Notes: generated by a model not told the origin, from the sequence alone. DNA of 64,000 bases from Vulcanimicrobiota bacterium (GCA_963723515.1 CAVRQT010000003.1:768001-832000); one strand, 5' to 3'; counted from the stretch's first letter, positions 11,998 through 23,907 are shown. A program made the numbers and translations.

Positions 11998-12788
11998 TTC
12001 CCCTCAAAACGCGGGTTCTTGCCGGCGACAAATGCGTCGTACGCACGGCGAAAGTCTTTGCTGAGCATGAGATGCGCCTGAGCTTCCGCTTCCGCATCGA
12101 TCGCATCAGGAAGCGGCATGGCCCATTCTCGCAGCAGCATCTTCTTCGTCATCGCATGCGCGAGTATCGGACCTTCAGCGAGCGATTTTGCCATTCGCTG
12201 CGCCGCTGCCGGCAGATCGTCGACAGAGTGCAGCGCATTGTAAAATCCATACGCCAGCGCCTCCTCTCCATCGATCGAACGGCCGGTGTAGAGCAACTCC
12301 GATGCGCGTCCAAGGCCAATGATCCGCGGTAACATGGCGCATGCCCCCATATCGCATCCGCCTAAGCCGACACGCGCGAAGAGAAAGGCGACTCGGCTGC
12401 GCGGCGTCCCCAAACGTAGATCCGATGCCATCGCGAGAATCGCCCCCGCGCCTGCGCAAACGCCGTCAACCGCCGCGATGATTGGCTGCGGACACGATCG
12501 CATCGCTTTGACGACATCGCCTGTGAGTTTCGTAAATTCGAGCAACTGCGGGTAGTCGCGTTCCGTGAGCACCCCGATAATTTCTCTCACGTCACCACCA
12601 GAGCAGAAATTCCCACTTGCGCCGGTCAGGACCACCACCCGTGTCGTAGCATCCGTCGCAAGCGCCGCAAAGCGCTCGTACAGCTCTCGATACATCGCAA
12701 ACGTCAGGGGGTTTTTCCTATCCGGCCGAGACAGCGTGATGGTGACGATCCCTTCGCGCTCGCTCCACAATAGATCGCTCACGCTCAC
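11994..12788 (-). CDS. Enoyl-CoA hydratase/isomerase
   Basis: [40 protein letters not shown]. Confidence 0.92.
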   Translation of the reverse strand: MSVSDLLWSEREGIVTITLSRPDRKNPLTFAMYRELYERFAALATDATTRVVVLTGASGNFCSGGDVREIIGVLTERDYPQLLEFTKLTGDVVKAMRSCPQPIIAAVDGVCAGAGAILAMASDLRLGTPRSRVAFLFARVGLGGCDMGACAMLPRIIGLGRASELLYTGRSIDGEEALAYGFYNALHSVDDLPAAAQRMAKSLAEGPILAHAMTKKMLLREWAMPLPDAIDAEAEAQAHLMLSKDFRRAYDAFVAGKNPRFEGN

Positions 12789-13231
12789 CTCATCGAAAAA
12801 GGTGCTTGCTCAACTTGCGCCGTTCCGGCCGTGTTCCGCGCGATGACATCGAGCGTGTAGGTATGCAGTCTCGCAAGTGGCGGCAATTCGAGAACGCGCG
12901 TCTGAAAACGAAACTGCCCGGCCGCGACGTGTGAAGAGTTGATCGAAAATGCAGCGGTGCGGACTTCGACAGAAGCGACGTTCGTGGTCGTTGCAACGGC
13001 GCCGGCCAGCGTACTGCCCGGACCGATCCCTAAACTCGACAACCAGACGCGAACGATTCGCGGCGCTGCGTCGGGCGGGGCCGGAATCGCCTTCGGCCAA
13101 GGTTGCGGCATGTCGGACGAAACGGTCCAGTTCGCCGGCGCCTTCGCCGGGGTCTCCGTTTCGCAGCCGCTGCAAATGATCGCCACAACCGACACGGCGA
13201 CAAAAAGGCCATTCTTCACGCGCCGTAGCAT
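12785..13231 (-). CDS. Putative lipoprotein, beta-rich, paralog of 7730-8142
   Basis: Signal peptide ending [15 protein letters not shown]; its stop overlaps the hydratase GTG start. Confidence 0.75.
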   Translation of the reverse strand: MLRRVKNGLFVAVSVVAIICSGCETETPAKAPANWTVSSDMPQPWPKAIPAPPDAAPRIVRVWLSSLGIGPGSTLAGAVATTTNVASVEVRTAAFSINSSHVAAGQFRFQTRVLELPPLARLHTYTLDVIARNTAGTAQVEQAPFSMR

Positions 13232-13266
13232 CGTCGTCGCAATTGCGCCGTCCCTCCTCTACCGCC

Positions 13267-14328
13267 ATGCGCATCGCTGAACGTCCGCCGGCAAATTTCG
13301 TGCTGGACTGGCTGATGACGTTCGCCGGCATTTGGACGATCAGCGGACTCTTCATCGATGGCCACCACCATCTTTTTGAAAGCGTGGAGAGCTTCTTCAA
13401 TCCTTGGCACGCCATCATTTACGGCGGCGGCTTCTTCGGGATCGTTGTCTTGACGTGGACGGCGCTCAGGAATCGCCGTGCCGGATATCCCCTGTGGTAC
13501 GCCGTTCCCGAAGGTTACCAGCAGTCGCTCGTCGGCGTGGCCTTCATCATCATCGGCGGCATCGCGGACATGATTTGGCACGCATTTTTCGGCTTCGAAC
13601 ATCAGCTCGATCTGTTGGTCAGCCCGCCGCACCTCGTCTTATTGGCTGCGCTTTTCTTTGTGGTGACGGGGCCGGTGCGCAGCGCGTTTTCCAGAGCCGA
13701 CCGGCCGGCAACGTTGCTTGCGCAGCTGCCGATGCTCATTTGCATGGGACTTGCCGCGCAGACGCTGCAGTTCATGACCCAGATCGCGTTTTATCCCGAA
13801 GCACTGATGCGCGACCGTCCGCTCTCCCAGATCGTCTACCACAACGACCAGTTTGTGCTTTCCGCGTTCCTCTTCTACCGTCAATCGCTCGAAATGATCA
13901 TTGTGATTTGGCAGAGCGTGCTGCTGGCGGCGATCGTCCTCTATGTCGCCGCACGCTGCCGACCGGCGGCCGGAGCATTGATCGTCTTATGCGTTGCTGA
14001 AAAGCTCTGGATCGGGGCGGATCTCTCGCGCGATTTCAAAGAGTTCGCACTCGTCGTTTCGGCAAGCGCGGTTGCCGGCGCAGTCGGCGACATAATCGTG
14101 AGCCGCCTGCGACCCTCACTCGAACGACCGAACGCATTTCGGCTGCTGGGCTTTATCGTGCCGGCAGCATACTTTTGTGCTTATTTTCTGATCGCGGTGC
14201 CGATCTTCGGCGGAACGTGGTGGAATATGACGTTCGTCTTCGGAGCGATCGTTGAAGCCGGTATTGCGGGACTTTGCGTTAGCCAGCTCTTTCTCTCCGG
14301 TTTTTCCACGCGCACTGCGGCGGCATGA
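13267..14328 (+). CDS. Polytopic membrane protein with two D-x3-H...H motifs (PmoC/AmoC-like)
   Basis: DGHHHLFESVESFFNPWH and DMIWHAFFGFEHQLDLLVSPPH; paralog of 8186-9232 (shared P.GY, P.RA/SA, QLP, GGTWW). Confidence 0.72.
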   Translation: MRIAERPPANFVLDWLMTFAGIWTISGLFIDGHHHLFESVESFFNPWHAIIYGGGFFGIVVLTWTALRNRRAGYPLWYAVPEGYQQSLVGVAFIIIGGIADMIWHAFFGFEHQLDLLVSPPHLVLLAALFFVVTGPVRSAFSRADRPATLLAQLPMLICMGLAAQTLQFMTQIAFYPEALMRDRPLSQIVYHNDQFVLSAFLFYRQSLEMIIVIWQSVLLAAIVLYVAARCRPAAGALIVLCVAEKLWIGADLSRDFKEFALVVSASAVAGAVGDIIVSRLRPSLERPNAFRLLGFIVPAAYFCAYFLIAVPIFGGTWWNMTFVFGAIVEAGIAGLCVSQLFLSGFSTRTAAA

Positions 14329-15873
14329 GGCTTACTTGGCCCGCGTATGCGTGGGCGGCCGTCGCGATCGTTTTGCACCTCGCGTTTAACCATCGCTACA
14401 ACTACTACCGCGATGAGTTCTACTTCATCGATTGCGCCAAGCATTTAGCCTGGGGATACATCGATCAACCGCCGCTGGCACCGCTGCTTGCGTGGCTCAC
14501 GACGCCGCTCCACTACGCGCTTTGGGCGCTCCGGTTTCCGCTGGCGATCCTCTCCGGACTGACGGTGCTGGCCGGCTGTCTGATCGCGCGAGAGTTTCGT
14601 GGCGGCACGCTTTGCCCAAGCTCTCACCGGTCTTGTGCTGGCGGTTGCCCCCGGTTACTTGGGACAAGGATACGCGCTTTCAACCGAGTTCTTGACGCCG
14701 CTAGCGTGGAGTGCGCTGATCTATCTTTCGATGCGGCTCGTTGCGACCCGCAACTATCGCCTCTACATTCCAATCGCGGTCGTCATTGTCGTAGGTCTCT
14801 ATGCGAAATATTCAATCGCGGCGCTTGCCGCCGCATTGGGCGTCGCGCTGCTTTGCACGGGGCAGGCGAAGCTAGCGCGCACGCGTTACTTGCCGCTGGC
14901 GATCGCGCTTGTCGTGCTCCTCGTGCTTCCCAACCTGTTGTGGCAGTACGCGCACGGATGGCCGATCCTCGAAGTGATGCACAACGACCAACTCAATCGT
15001 CACGCGTTGGCCAACGGCATCGCGGTCGAGTCCCCGAATCTGGCGATCAACGCGCTGTACTTCGTCGTCATGCAGGTCGTCTACCAGCATCCGATCCTTT
15101 CGATTATTTGGATTTGGGGGCTCGTCACCCTGATTCGCACGCCGCAGAACGCGCCGTACCGTTATCTTCCGCTAACATACGCCTTGCTTTTCGTCTTTAT
15201 GGTGCTCAGCGTAGCGCGTGGCTACTATCTCGAGGGATTCTATCCGACACTTTTTGCGGCCGGCAGCGTCGCGATCGAACGCGCGCTCCAAACGCGACCC
15301 TCGTGGATGCGCCCGACGGTGATCGCTGTGGCTACCGTTTCAGCCGCGTTCATGCTGCCGCTTGCCTTGCCGATCTTTCCGTTGCCGCTCTATATGAAGT
15401 ACGAAGTTGCAATCGGGTTGAGCCGGCCTGCGCCGCCCGATGGAAAGCGCCACCTGATCGATCCGATGTATGCCGATCAAATCGGCTGGCAAGGGATGAC
15501 GCAGGTCGTCGCCGGCGTCTACAATTCATTGCCGCCGCAAGTGCGCAGCCGGACGGCGATATTTGCGGACCGCTATGCGTATGCCGGCGCAATCGATTTC
15601 TACGGTCCGCAGTACGGATTGCCGCCGGTAATCAGTCCGAACAATTCATACTATCTCTGGGGAACGCGAGGCTACTCGGGGCAGCCGATGATCGCCGTGG
15701 GAGCCACCGATTACCATCTCCTCGTACAATCATTCGCGACGGTGCGGCAAGTGGCGGTCTACCGCAATGATTACCGGTGGATGCTCGAAGGACCGCTGCC
15801 GATCTATCTGTGCACGCAGCCGCGCGCGTCGCTTGCGGTCTTGTGGCCGCGATTCAAGTACTTCGGCCTGTGA
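14325..15873 (+). CDS. GT39/ArnT-like membrane glycosyltransferase (frameshift near 14610)
   Basis: YYRDEFY, LAWGYIDQPPL, KYS, PNLLWQ..GWP. Confidence 0.85.
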
Positions 15874-15935
15874 ACGCGAACGCAATCGCAGACGCGCACT
15901 CCAGCGAACGAGCAGCTCCCTAGGAGGTTTTCATC

Positions 15936-17372
15936 GTGCCTCTCCATCGAAAGCGACATCATTCCGACGGCGCCACGGCCGATCCATATGCAACTCATGC
16001 CATGCAGGTCGCCGTCCCGCGCTTGCACATGCCGGCACAAGGCCTGCGTCCGGACGTCGCTTTTCAACTCGTCAACGACGACTTGATGCTCGACGGCAAT
16101 GCTCGGCAAAACCTTGCGACGTTTTGCCAAACTTGGTTCGACGACCAGATTCACAAGTTGATGGATTTGAGCATCGATAAGAACATGATCGACAAAGACG
16201 AGTATCCCGCGACCGCGGAGATCGAGAGCCGCTGCGTGCACATTCTTGCGGAGCTGTGGAACTCGCCCGCGAGCGCCGATACGATCGGCTGTTCGACGAC
16301 GGGGTCCAGCGAAGCGGCGATGCTCGGCGGACTGGCGCTCAAGTGGAAGTGGCGTGAACGCCGCGCGCTCGACGGCAAGACGGCGGATCGACCGAACCTG
16401 ATCACCGGGCCCGTGCAGGTGTGCTGGCATAAGTTCGCGCGCTATTTCGATGTGGAGCTGCGCGAGGTGCCGCTCGAGCGCGACCGGCTGGGCATGACAT
16501 CCGATGAAGCGATCAAACGCATCGACGAAAATACGATCGGCGTCGTTCCGACACTCGGGGTCACGTTCACATGCCAATATGAGCCCATCGCAGAGCTCGC
16601 AGCGGCATTGGACCGTTTCCAATTGCAAAGCGGCCTTGACGTTCCAATCCACGTCGACGCCGCATCAGGCGGCTTCATCGCGCCGTTCGTTGCGCCGCAG
16701 CTTCTTTGGGACTTCCGCCTCTCGCGCGTTCACTCAATCAATGCGTCAGGACACAAATTCGGGCTCGCGCCGCTCGGCGTCGGTTGGATCATCTGGCGTG
16801 AAAAACAAGATCTTCCGGAAAGTCTCGTATTCCGCGTCAATTATCTCGGCGGCGACATGCCGACGTTTGCACTGAACTTCTCTCGCCCCGGCGGACAAAT
16901 CGTCTGTCAATACTACTTGATGCTGCGACTCGGAAAAGACGGCTACCGGTTGATCCACGAGACGTGTTATAGCGTCGCTCAGCACATCGCAAAGCGCATC
17001 CCCAAGCTGGGGCCCTTCGACGTGCTCTTTGACGGCGACAGCAACCACGGCATTCCAGCGGTTTCATGGACGCTGCGCAACGCCGCCGAAGCAAATTACT
17101 CGCTCTTTGATCTCTCGGACCGTCTGCGGTCTCGTGGCTGGCAGGTCGCCGCATACAGCATGGTGCCGAATATCTCGGATATGGTTGTGATGCGCGTCCT
17201 CGTGCGGCATGGTTTTAGCCGCGACATGGCGGACGCGCTGCTCGAAGATCTGGAACGGGCACTCGATTATTTCGATACGCATCCGGTTTCACGCAAGATG
17301 ACCCCCGAAGAGGGACGTTCTTACAACCATGACGCCGTCAAGCCGCCAATGCCGGCCAAAGTTACCGCGTGA
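15936..17372 (+). CDS. gadB: Glutamate decarboxylase
   Basis: [36 protein letters not shown] lysine. Confidence 0.95.
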   Translation: MPLHRKRHHSDGATADPYATHAMQVAVPRLHMPAQGLRPDVAFQLVNDDLMLDGNARQNLATFCQTWFDDQIHKLMDLSIDKNMIDKDEYPATAEIESRCVHILAELWNSPASADTIGCSTTGSSEAAMLGGLALKWKWRERRALDGKTADRPNLITGPVQVCWHKFARYFDVELREVPLERDRLGMTSDEAIKRIDENTIGVVPTLGVTFTCQYEPIAELAAALDRFQLQSGLDVPIHVDAASGGFIAPFVAPQLLWDFRLSRVHSINASGHKFGLAPLGVGWIIWREKQDLPESLVFRVNYLGGDMPTFALNFSRPGGQIVCQYYLMLRLGKDGYRLIHETCYSVAQHIAKRIPKLGPFDVLFDGDSNHGIPAVSWTLRNAAEANYSLFDLSDRLRSRGWQVAAYSMVPNISDMVVMRVLVRHGFSRDMADALLEDLERALDYFDTHPVSRKMTPEEGRSYNHDAVKPPMPAKVTA

Positions 17373-18694
17373 ACGGGAAGCCGGAGTTCTCCAAGACAGC
17401 AGAATTAAGCGAGCGCCGTACGAGAGCCGTGGCGCGCGGTATTTCGACGGCGCATCCAATTTTTGCGTCACGCGCGGAGGGGGCGCGGTTATGGGACGTC
17501 GACGGAAGAGAGTTCATCGATTTTGCCGGCGGCATCGGCACCATGAACCTCGGACACCGCCATCCCGCGATCGTTGAAGCGGTCCGCCGGCAGCTCGAAC
17601 ATTTCACACATACGGCCGCTCAAGTTGTGATGTACGAAGGGTACGTCGCACTGGCAGAACGATTGAACAAACTCACTCCAGGATCGTTTGAGAAGCAGAC
17701 GCTGCTCGTGACCACCGGATCGGAGGCGAATGAAAACGCCGTCAAGGTTGCGCGAGCTGCCACCAACCGTCCCGCGATCATCAGCTTCTCCGACGGATTC
17801 CACGGCAGAACGTTGCTCGCGCTTTCATTGACCGGCAAAGTTGCGCCGTACAAGCAGAACTTCGGACCGTACGCGCCCGAGATTTATCAAGCGCCGTATC
17901 CGAATCCGCGGCGCGGCCACGATACCCGAAGCGCATTGCATGCGCTGGACGAGCTGTTTGAAACTCGTGTTGCGCCGAACCAAGTCGCAGCTATCGTCAT
18001 CGAACCGGTGCTGGGCGAAGGCGGCTTCGTTCCGGCGCCGTTCGAGTATCTGCGCGAACTGCGCACGATAGCCGATGAACTTGGCATTCTGATCATCGTC
18101 GATGAGATACAAACCGGCTTCGGCAGAACCGGCACGCTCTTTGCGATCGAACAATCCGGTATCATGCCGGACCTGCTCACGTTCGGCAAGAGCATCGCCG
18201 GCGGGTTACCGATCGCGGGCGTCGTCGGACGCAAATCAGTGATGGACGCAGTGCAACCCGGCGCCCTCGGCGGAACATATGGCGGTAATCCGCTCGCCTG
18301 TGCGGCCGCTTTGGCAACGCTTGACGTCTTCGAGCACGGTGACATCCTGGAGCGTGTGAAAACGCTTGGCCCAACCTTGCGCACTGGTCTCGAAGCGATT
18401 GCGTCGCGCTATCCGCAGGACGTCGAAGGCGTCTGGGGATTGGGACCGATGCTGGCGATCGGCTTTCGAAACACCAAGGCGCACAGCGGCAAGAGCGTCG
18501 CTCAGCACGTCGCTGCTGCGGCGCTCGACTGCGGCCTCATTGCGCTCACCGCCGGTCCGGGCGCGCATGCGATCCGGATCTTGGTTCCGCTCGTGGCAAC
18601 CGACGATGATTTGGAGCGCGGTCTGGCGGCGCTCGAAGAGGCTTGCGAGCGTGTTCTCGCGCGGGATGCCTCTCTCGTCACCTCGCGTTCTTAA
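17369..18694 (+). CDS. gabT: 4-aminobutyrate aminotransferase
   Basis: [35 protein letters not shown] start overlapping gadB stop. Confidence 0.9.
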   Translation: MNGKPEFSKTAELSERRTRAVARGISTAHPIFASRAEGARLWDVDGREFIDFAGGIGTMNLGHRHPAIVEAVRRQLEHFTHTAAQVVMYEGYVALAERLNKLTPGSFEKQTLLVTTGSEANENAVKVARAATNRPAIISFSDGFHGRTLLALSLTGKVAPYKQNFGPYAPEIYQAPYPNPRRGHDTRSALHALDELFETRVAPNQVAAIVIEPVLGEGGFVPAPFEYLRELRTIADELGILIIVDEIQTGFGRTGTLFAIEQSGIMPDLLTFGKSIAGGLPIAGVVGRKSVMDAVQPGALGGTYGGNPLACAAALATLDVFEHGDILERVKTLGPTLRTGLEAIASRYPQDVEGVWGLGPMLAIGFRNTKAHSGKSVAQHVAAAALDCGLIALTAGPGAHAIRILVPLVATDDDLERGLAALEEACERVLARDASLVTSRS

Positions 18695-18702
18695 GTCGTC
18701 GC

Positions 18703-18960
18703 ATGCTCTTCATGCTGATCGAGCGCTTTAAGCGTGGCGCAATGCCGGTCGGCGAGCGCTTCCGGCACGAAGGCCGCATGCTGCCTGATGAAGTCGTTTA
18801 CCACTCAAGTTGGGTGGAACACAACGGCGAGCGTTGCTTTCAACTGATGGAGGCTCCCAGCGTTGGACCTCTTCAGGCCTGGACGTGCACGTGGGAGGAT
18901 CTCTGCGAATTTGAAATCGTGCCTGTTGTTACGTCACGGGAGTTTTGGCCCTCGAAGTAA
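18703..18960 (+). CDS. DUF3303-like small protein
   Basis: MLFMLIERF...GRMLP...SWV...RCFQLME...W.DL.EFEIVPV. Confidence 0.7.
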   Translation: MLFMLIERFKRGAMPVGERFRHEGRMLPDEVVYHSSWVEHNGERCFQLMEAPSVGPLQAWTCTWEDLCEFEIVPVVTSREFWPSK

Positions 18961-19429
18961 TCGCGAGAGCGATCAGGATCACCGGCAAGAAGAGATCCCA
19001 GTATAAGATGATGCCGCCGTTGTTCGGCGCGTAGTTATGGCAACAGATGATCTGATTGATGTGCTGAATTGCGGCCCCCCAATAGAAAATTGTCAGAACG
19101 ATTGTCGCCGCGATTCGATATGGACGGCCGGCCCATAATTGCATAAGCGCTATGGCCGCTAAACCGAACGTTGCAAATGCCAGCTCCCACTCAAACGGGC
19201 TGGGAGACCATCCGATCGATGATGCGGAGACCCCCGGCGCAAACGCATGAAAAAATCCAAACCAAATTCCGCTGATTCCGACGGCGTAGAAGACGATTTC
19301 GGCAAAAAAGATGTCAAGCTTGGCAGGGTTGTCCGCCACACGGCGTCCTTTTACGCCTGCGACAATTAGGGAGATGCCAAGAAAGACGAGGTAGATGTAA
19401 GTAAGAAACGCTGTGATCGCCGATTCCAT
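18929..19429 (-). CDS. DUF6790-like membrane protein
   Basis: IGWSPSPFEWELAFA, NYAPNN.G; 4-5 TM. Confidence 0.65.
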   Translation of the reverse strand: MESAITAFLTYIYLVFLGISLIVAGVKGRRVADNPAKLDIFFAEIVFYAVGISGIWFGFFHAFAPGVSASSIGWSPSPFEWELAFATFGLAAIALMQLWAGRPYRIAATIVLTIFYWGAAIQHINQIICCHNYAPNNGGIILYWDLFLPVILIALAITSRAKTPVT

Positions 19430-19432
19430 TTT

Positions 19433-20167
19433 CTAAAGCGACCCCTCCGGTAGCATAACTTCCCGCCCGTTCGCATCGCCTTGACACAACGCGACGACGG
19501 CTCGCGCCACTTCTTCCGGATCGACGATCCGTCCACCGGGATTCATCGCCGCAAGTTCCTTCCGCGCCGCAACGGTTGTCTTGCCAGTCTTTGAAGCGAC
19601 ATTCTTGATCGCTCGTTCGAGCATTTCGGATTCCGTATAGCCCGGACAGACGGCGTTCACGGTGATCCCTGAACTCTCCAGCTCGGCGGCCAGCGCGCGC
19701 GTGAGACCGACGACGCCGTGTTTTGACGCGCTATAGGCGGCGATGTACGGCGCGCCATAGAGACCGGCCAAGCTCGCGATGTTTACGATGCGGCCAAATT
19801 TCTCAGTCACCATATCCCCAAGCGCCGCCCGCGAGCACAGGAACGTGCCCGTCAGATTCGTCGCAATAACGCGGTCCCACATTTGCGCGCTGGTGCGTGA
19901 AAGCGGCGCCGACTCGGCCACACCGGAGTTGTTGACGAGAATCGTCACCGGTCCGTTTCTTTCGCGAAGGACATCAAACGCTTGCGCAACCGCATTTTCG
20001 TCCGTTACGTCCACGTCGAGGTTCGTATACTGACTCGCATGTTGCGTTGCCGTTCGGCTGATCACGCTCACCCGGGCTCCCTCTTGCGCGAGCGCGTCCG
20101 CAATCGTACGCCCAATGCCTTTGGCTCCGCCGGTTACAACCGCATGCCGCCCGGTAATCCCGCTCAA
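19433..20167 (-). CDS. SDR oxidoreductase (3-hydroxyacyl-CoA dehydrogenase-like)
   Basis: [22 protein letters not shown] start overlapping the upstream stop. Confidence 0.9.
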   Translation of the reverse strand: MSGITGRHAVVTGGAKGIGRTIADALAQEGARVSVISRTATQHASQYTNLDVDVTDENAVAQAFDVLRERNGPVTILVNNSGVAESAPLSRTSAQMWDRVIATNLTGTFLCSRAALGDMVTEKFGRIVNIASLAGLYGAPYIAAYSASKHGVVGLTRALAAELESSGITVNAVCPGYTESEMLERAIKNVASKTGKTTVAARKELAAMNPGGRIVDPEEVARAVVALCQGDANGREVMLPEGSL

Positions 20168-22449
20168 ATCGTTTGCGCCGCTTCAGCTGCGCGAGCCAGA
20201 TTGCGTTCGTACTGCCCTTTACCGGCCAAATATTGGTTGGGCCACTCCATTTGCGTGTAGCCGAGTTGCGCCGCGGCGTGCAAGCTCCAATAAGGATCCG
20301 CGAGATGCGGCCGCGCCAGCGCGCAGAGGTCCGCACGGCCGGCCGCGATGATGCTGTTAACATGATCCGGCTCGAAGATGTTGCCGACCGCCATCGTCGC
20401 GATGCCGACTTCATTGCGAATTCGGTCGCTGTAGGGTGCCTGCCACATTCGACCGTACACCGGTTGCGCCGCGCGCGATGTTTGTCCGGTCGAGACGTCG
20501 ATCAGATCGACGCCAAGCCGCTTGAATGCGCGCGCGATCTCGATGGAATCTTCACCGGTAATCCCACCATCAACCCAATCCGTCGCCGAAATACGAACCG
20601 ACATCGGCTTGTGTGCGGGCCAAGCGCTGCGCATCGCTGCAAACACCTCAAGCGGATATCGCAAACGGTTTTCAAGCGATCCGCCGTACTCGTCCGTACG
20701 CTGATTTTGCAGCGGCGTGATGAAGCTCGAGAGCAAGTAGCCATGTGCGCAGTGCAACTCGAGCATATCGAAACCGGCTTGATTGCCCATCTCGGTCGCC
20801 CGGACGAACTCGTCCCGGATCAGCGCCATCTCCGAATGCGTCAGTTCGCGCGGCCTTTGATTTTGTGGACCGTAGGCAATCGGTGAAGGACCGACGACTT
20901 CCCAATTGCCGGCGGGCAACGGCTCGTCCATGCCCTCCCACATCAATCTGGTGGAGCCTTTGGGTCCCGAGTGGCCGAGCTGCAAGCAGATCTTCGCCGG
21001 CGTGTACTGATGCACGAAATCTACGATGCGCTTCCAGGCGGTCATATGTCCGGGCAGATACATACCCGTACACCCATAGGTGATCCGACCTTCAGGTGAG
21101 ACGCAGGTCATCTCCGTATAGACGAGCGCCGCGCCGCCAAGGGCGCGCGTTCCGAGGTGCACGAGGTGGAAGTCGTTCGGAATGCCGTCGACCGCGCTGT
21201 ACATATCCATGGGCGATACGACAACGCGGTTGCGGAGTTGCAGCTCACGCAAACGGAAGGGCGTGAACATTGGCGGAACGGCCGTTGGTTGAGAACCATC
21301 CGCGGCTCGCGCTGCCAGCCACATCTCCACCCGCTCGACATAGCCCTTATCGCGCAGCCGCAAGTTCTCGTGACTGATTCGTTGGCTGCGAGTCAGCAAG
21401 CTATAGGCAAATTGCTCGGGCGGCAAGACGGCGTACCGGCGGACGTTCTCAAACCACTCGGTGCTGTTCCGTGCGGCGTTCTGTAGGCGCAGCACCTCGA
21501 TGCGGCGCGACGCCTCGTATGCCTCCAGCGCAGGCTGAAGCGATGAATTCTGCGCCAGCGCATCGTGCAAGCCGATCGCATCTTCCATCGCCAGCTTCGT
21601 TCCGGAGCCCACTGAGAAGTGCGCCGAGTGCGCGGCATCCCCCATTAGCGCGATCTTGCCGTCCGTCCAGTGCTTGTTGTTGACCCGAACGAAGTTGAGC
21701 CAATCGCTGCCGCGCAGATGCGCGCTATTTGCCAGCAGCTTCTCACCGTCGAGATACGGGGCGAAGAGCCGCTCGCAAAATGCAATCGTCTGCATCGTGC
21801 CGGCTTCTTCAAGGCCTGCGGCGCGCCACGTCTCCTCGAGGCATTCGACGATAAAGGTGCTCGTATCGCGGTCGAAGCGGTAGGCATGGACCGTAAACCA
21901 GCCCCACTGCGTATTTTCAAAGACAAACGTAAAGGCGTCGAAGCGCTTATGCGTTCCCAGCCAGACGTATTTGCATTTGCGGCGCTCGAGATCGGGTTCA
22001 AAACGTTCTGCACGCAATGAGCGAACGCGACTGTTGATCCCATCTGCTGCGACGATCAAATCGGCATCCAAGTACGGCTGGAGCTCGCGCACTTCGCACT
22101 CGAAGTGCAGCTCGGCGTCGAGTGTAGTGGCGCGCTGCTGAAGAATGTTGAGCAATCTTCGACGCGCGATACCGGAGAAACCGTGACCGCTCGAGGTGAT
22201 TAACCGCCCTTTGAAGTGAATGTCGATGTCGTCCCAATGTGCGAAAGCGGCGACAATTTGATCGTGCGTCGGTGCATCCGCAGCTCGCAGATTATCTAAG
22301 GTTTGGTCCGAAAAGACGACGCCCCAGCCGAAGGTGTCATCGGAGCGATTGCGTTCGAAGACGCGGATATGATGCTGCGGGTAACTCTTCTTCATCAAGA
22401 TTGCGAAGTAGAGGCCGGCGGGACCGCCGCCGATGATGTTGACGTTCAT
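20164..22449 (-). CDS. Bifunctional 2-aminobenzoyl-CoA monooxygenase/reductase (salicylyl-CoA 5-hydroxylase) family
   Basis: N-terminal [38 protein letters not shown]-terminal OYE domain HCAHGYLL. Confidence 0.93.
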   Translation of the reverse strand: MNVNIIGGGPAGLYFAILMKKSYPQHHIRVFERNRSDDTFGWGVVFSDQTLDNLRAADAPTHDQIVAAFAHWDDIDIHFKGRLITSSGHGFSGIARRRLLNILQQRATTLDAELHFECEVRELQPYLDADLIVAADGINSRVRSLRAERFEPDLERRKCKYVWLGTHKRFDAFTFVFENTQWGWFTVHAYRFDRDTSTFIVECLEETWRAAGLEEAGTMQTIAFCERLFAPYLDGEKLLANSAHLRGSDWLNFVRVNNKHWTDGKIALMGDAAHSAHFSVGSGTKLAMEDAIGLHDALAQNSSLQPALEAYEASRRIEVLRLQNAARNSTEWFENVRRYAVLPPEQFAYSLLTRSQRISHENLRLRDKGYVERVEMWLAARAADGSQPTAVPPMFTPFRLRELQLRNRVVVSPMDMYSAVDGIPNDFHLVHLGTRALGGAALVYTEMTCVSPEGRITYGCTGMYLPGHMTAWKRIVDFVHQYTPAKICLQLGHSGPKGSTRLMWEGMDEPLPAGNWEVVGPSPIAYGPQNQRPRELTHSEMALIRDEFVRATEMGNQAGFDMLELHCAHGYLLSSFITPLQNQRTDEYGGSLENRLRYPLEVFAAMRSAWPAHKPMSVRISATDWVDGGITGEDSIEIARAFKRLGVDLIDVSTGQTSRAAQPVYGRMWQAPYSDRIRNEVGIATMAVGNIFEPDHVNSIIAAGRADLCALARPHLADPYWSLHAAAQLGYTQMEWPNQYLAGKGQYERNLARAAEAAQTI

Positions 22450-22452
22450 GCT

Positions 22453-23221
22453 TTAGAATGCGTAATCGATCGTGACTGGCGCATGGTCCGAGAAGCGCTG
22501 CTCTTTGTAGATCGACGCGGCCCGCACCGTTTCAGCAATCGGCCGGAGAAATCAGATGGTAGTCGATACGCCAGCCTAGATTGTTTTGCCAGGCCTTGGG
22601 CCAGCCGGCCCACCACGTGAATTGTTTGGGAGCTTGATTGACGACCCGAAAGGCGTCAACCCATCCAACCTCTTGAATGACGCGATCGAGCCAGGCGCGT
22701 TCGCGAGGGAAGAACCCCGTAACGTTCGCACAGCTGCGTGGACTGAAGACATCGATGTCTTTGTGCGCGATGTTATAGTCGCCGCAAAGGATGTACCTTC
22801 GGTTGTCGCCACGCATGCGCTGAAGTTCGGCGGAGAAACGCTCGAGAAAATCATACTTGACCGCTTGCCGCTGCGGCCCGGACGTTCCCGATGGAACGTA
22901 GAGCGATGCAATGCTGAGCTCGCCGAAATCTGCTTGCAGAAACCGAGCCTCTGCATCGATATCGGGCCATCCTAATCCGCGCACGATCCGATCCGGTTCG
23001 TTTCGCGAGTACAGCGCGACGCCGCTGTAGCCTTTCTTTTGCGCGTCGACAAAGTAGCCGACGTAGCCGGGTACTTCGAGCGCCTCGGGCGGCAGTTGAT
23101 GTTCTTGTGCCTTGGTTTCCTGGAGACAGACGACGTCCGGCCGCTGCGCTAGCATCCACGGAAAGAAGCCTTTGCGCACGGCGGCACGCAGTCCGTTCAC
23201 GTTTAGCGTGATAATCCGCAT
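22453..23221 (-). CDS. xth: Exodeoxyribonuclease III (frameshift near 3' end)
   Basis: NVNGLRA, LQETK, GYSGV, GDYNIAH, GWRIDY; SDHAPV in the shifted frame. Confidence 0.92.
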
Positions 23222-23241
23222 TCAAACTGACTGTCTCACGC

Positions 23242-23907
23242 TCAACGTTTGCGCACCAGCGTCACGCCGTCGCCGATCGGCAGCATCGCAACATCGACGC
23301 GCTCGTCTCGCCCGATCTTAGCGTTGAGTGCGCGCAAGGCTTGCGTGTTCTCGTCGTTTTCGTTCCGATCGGCGACCCGTCCGCTCCAGAACACATTATC
23401 GATTGCGATGAGCCCGTTCGACTTGAGCAGTTCGAGAGCGCGTTCATAGTAGCTATCGTATGCGGGCTTATCGGCATCGATGAACGCGAAATCGAACGTT
23501 CCGCGCTCGCCGCGAGCGAGCAGATCGTCGAGTGTTTCAACCGCCGGGCCGATGCGCAGCAAAATCTTCTCCGCTACACCGGCACTCTTCCAATATCGTC
23601 GTGCGATCGCAGTGTATTGGTCGCTAACGTCACAAGCTACGAGTGTCCCGTCGTCGGGCAGCGCCAGCGCAACCGCGAGCGCACTGTACCCCGTAAAAAC
23701 ACCAACCTCGAGGCAACGCTTCGCGCGGATCAGCCGCACGAGCAGCTGCATGAATTGCCCTTGATCCGGCCCGATTTGCATGCCGGCGTGATCCGGCAAG
23801 AGCCGGTGTGTCTCTTCACGGAGCTCCTGCTGCAACGACGTCTCGCGCAACGAGATGTTGCAAACGTACTCGTAGAGCTCAGGGGACAAGTTTTTTGTAC
23901 GGCTCAT
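23242..23907 (-). CDS. SAM-dependent O-methyltransferase (caffeoyl-CoA OMT family)
   Basis: LEVGVFTGYS, FDFAFIDADK, DNVFWSG. Confidence 0.92.
   Translation of the reverse strand: MSRTKNLSPELYEYVCNISLRETSLQQELREETHRLLPDHAGMQIGPDQGQFMQLLVRLIRAKRCLEVGVFTGYSALAVALALPDDGTLVACDVSDQYTAIARRYWKSAGVAEKILLRIGPAVETLDDLLARGERGTFDFAFIDADKPAYDSYYERALELLKSNGLIAIDNVFWSGRVADRNENDENTQALRALNAKIGRDERVDVAMLPIGDGVTLVRKR

Noticed and set aside
8186..14328. Functional methane/ammonia monooxygenase operon
   Set aside because: Only PmoC-like motifs are present; no pmoA/pmoB-like genes, and similarity outside the motifs is not evident.
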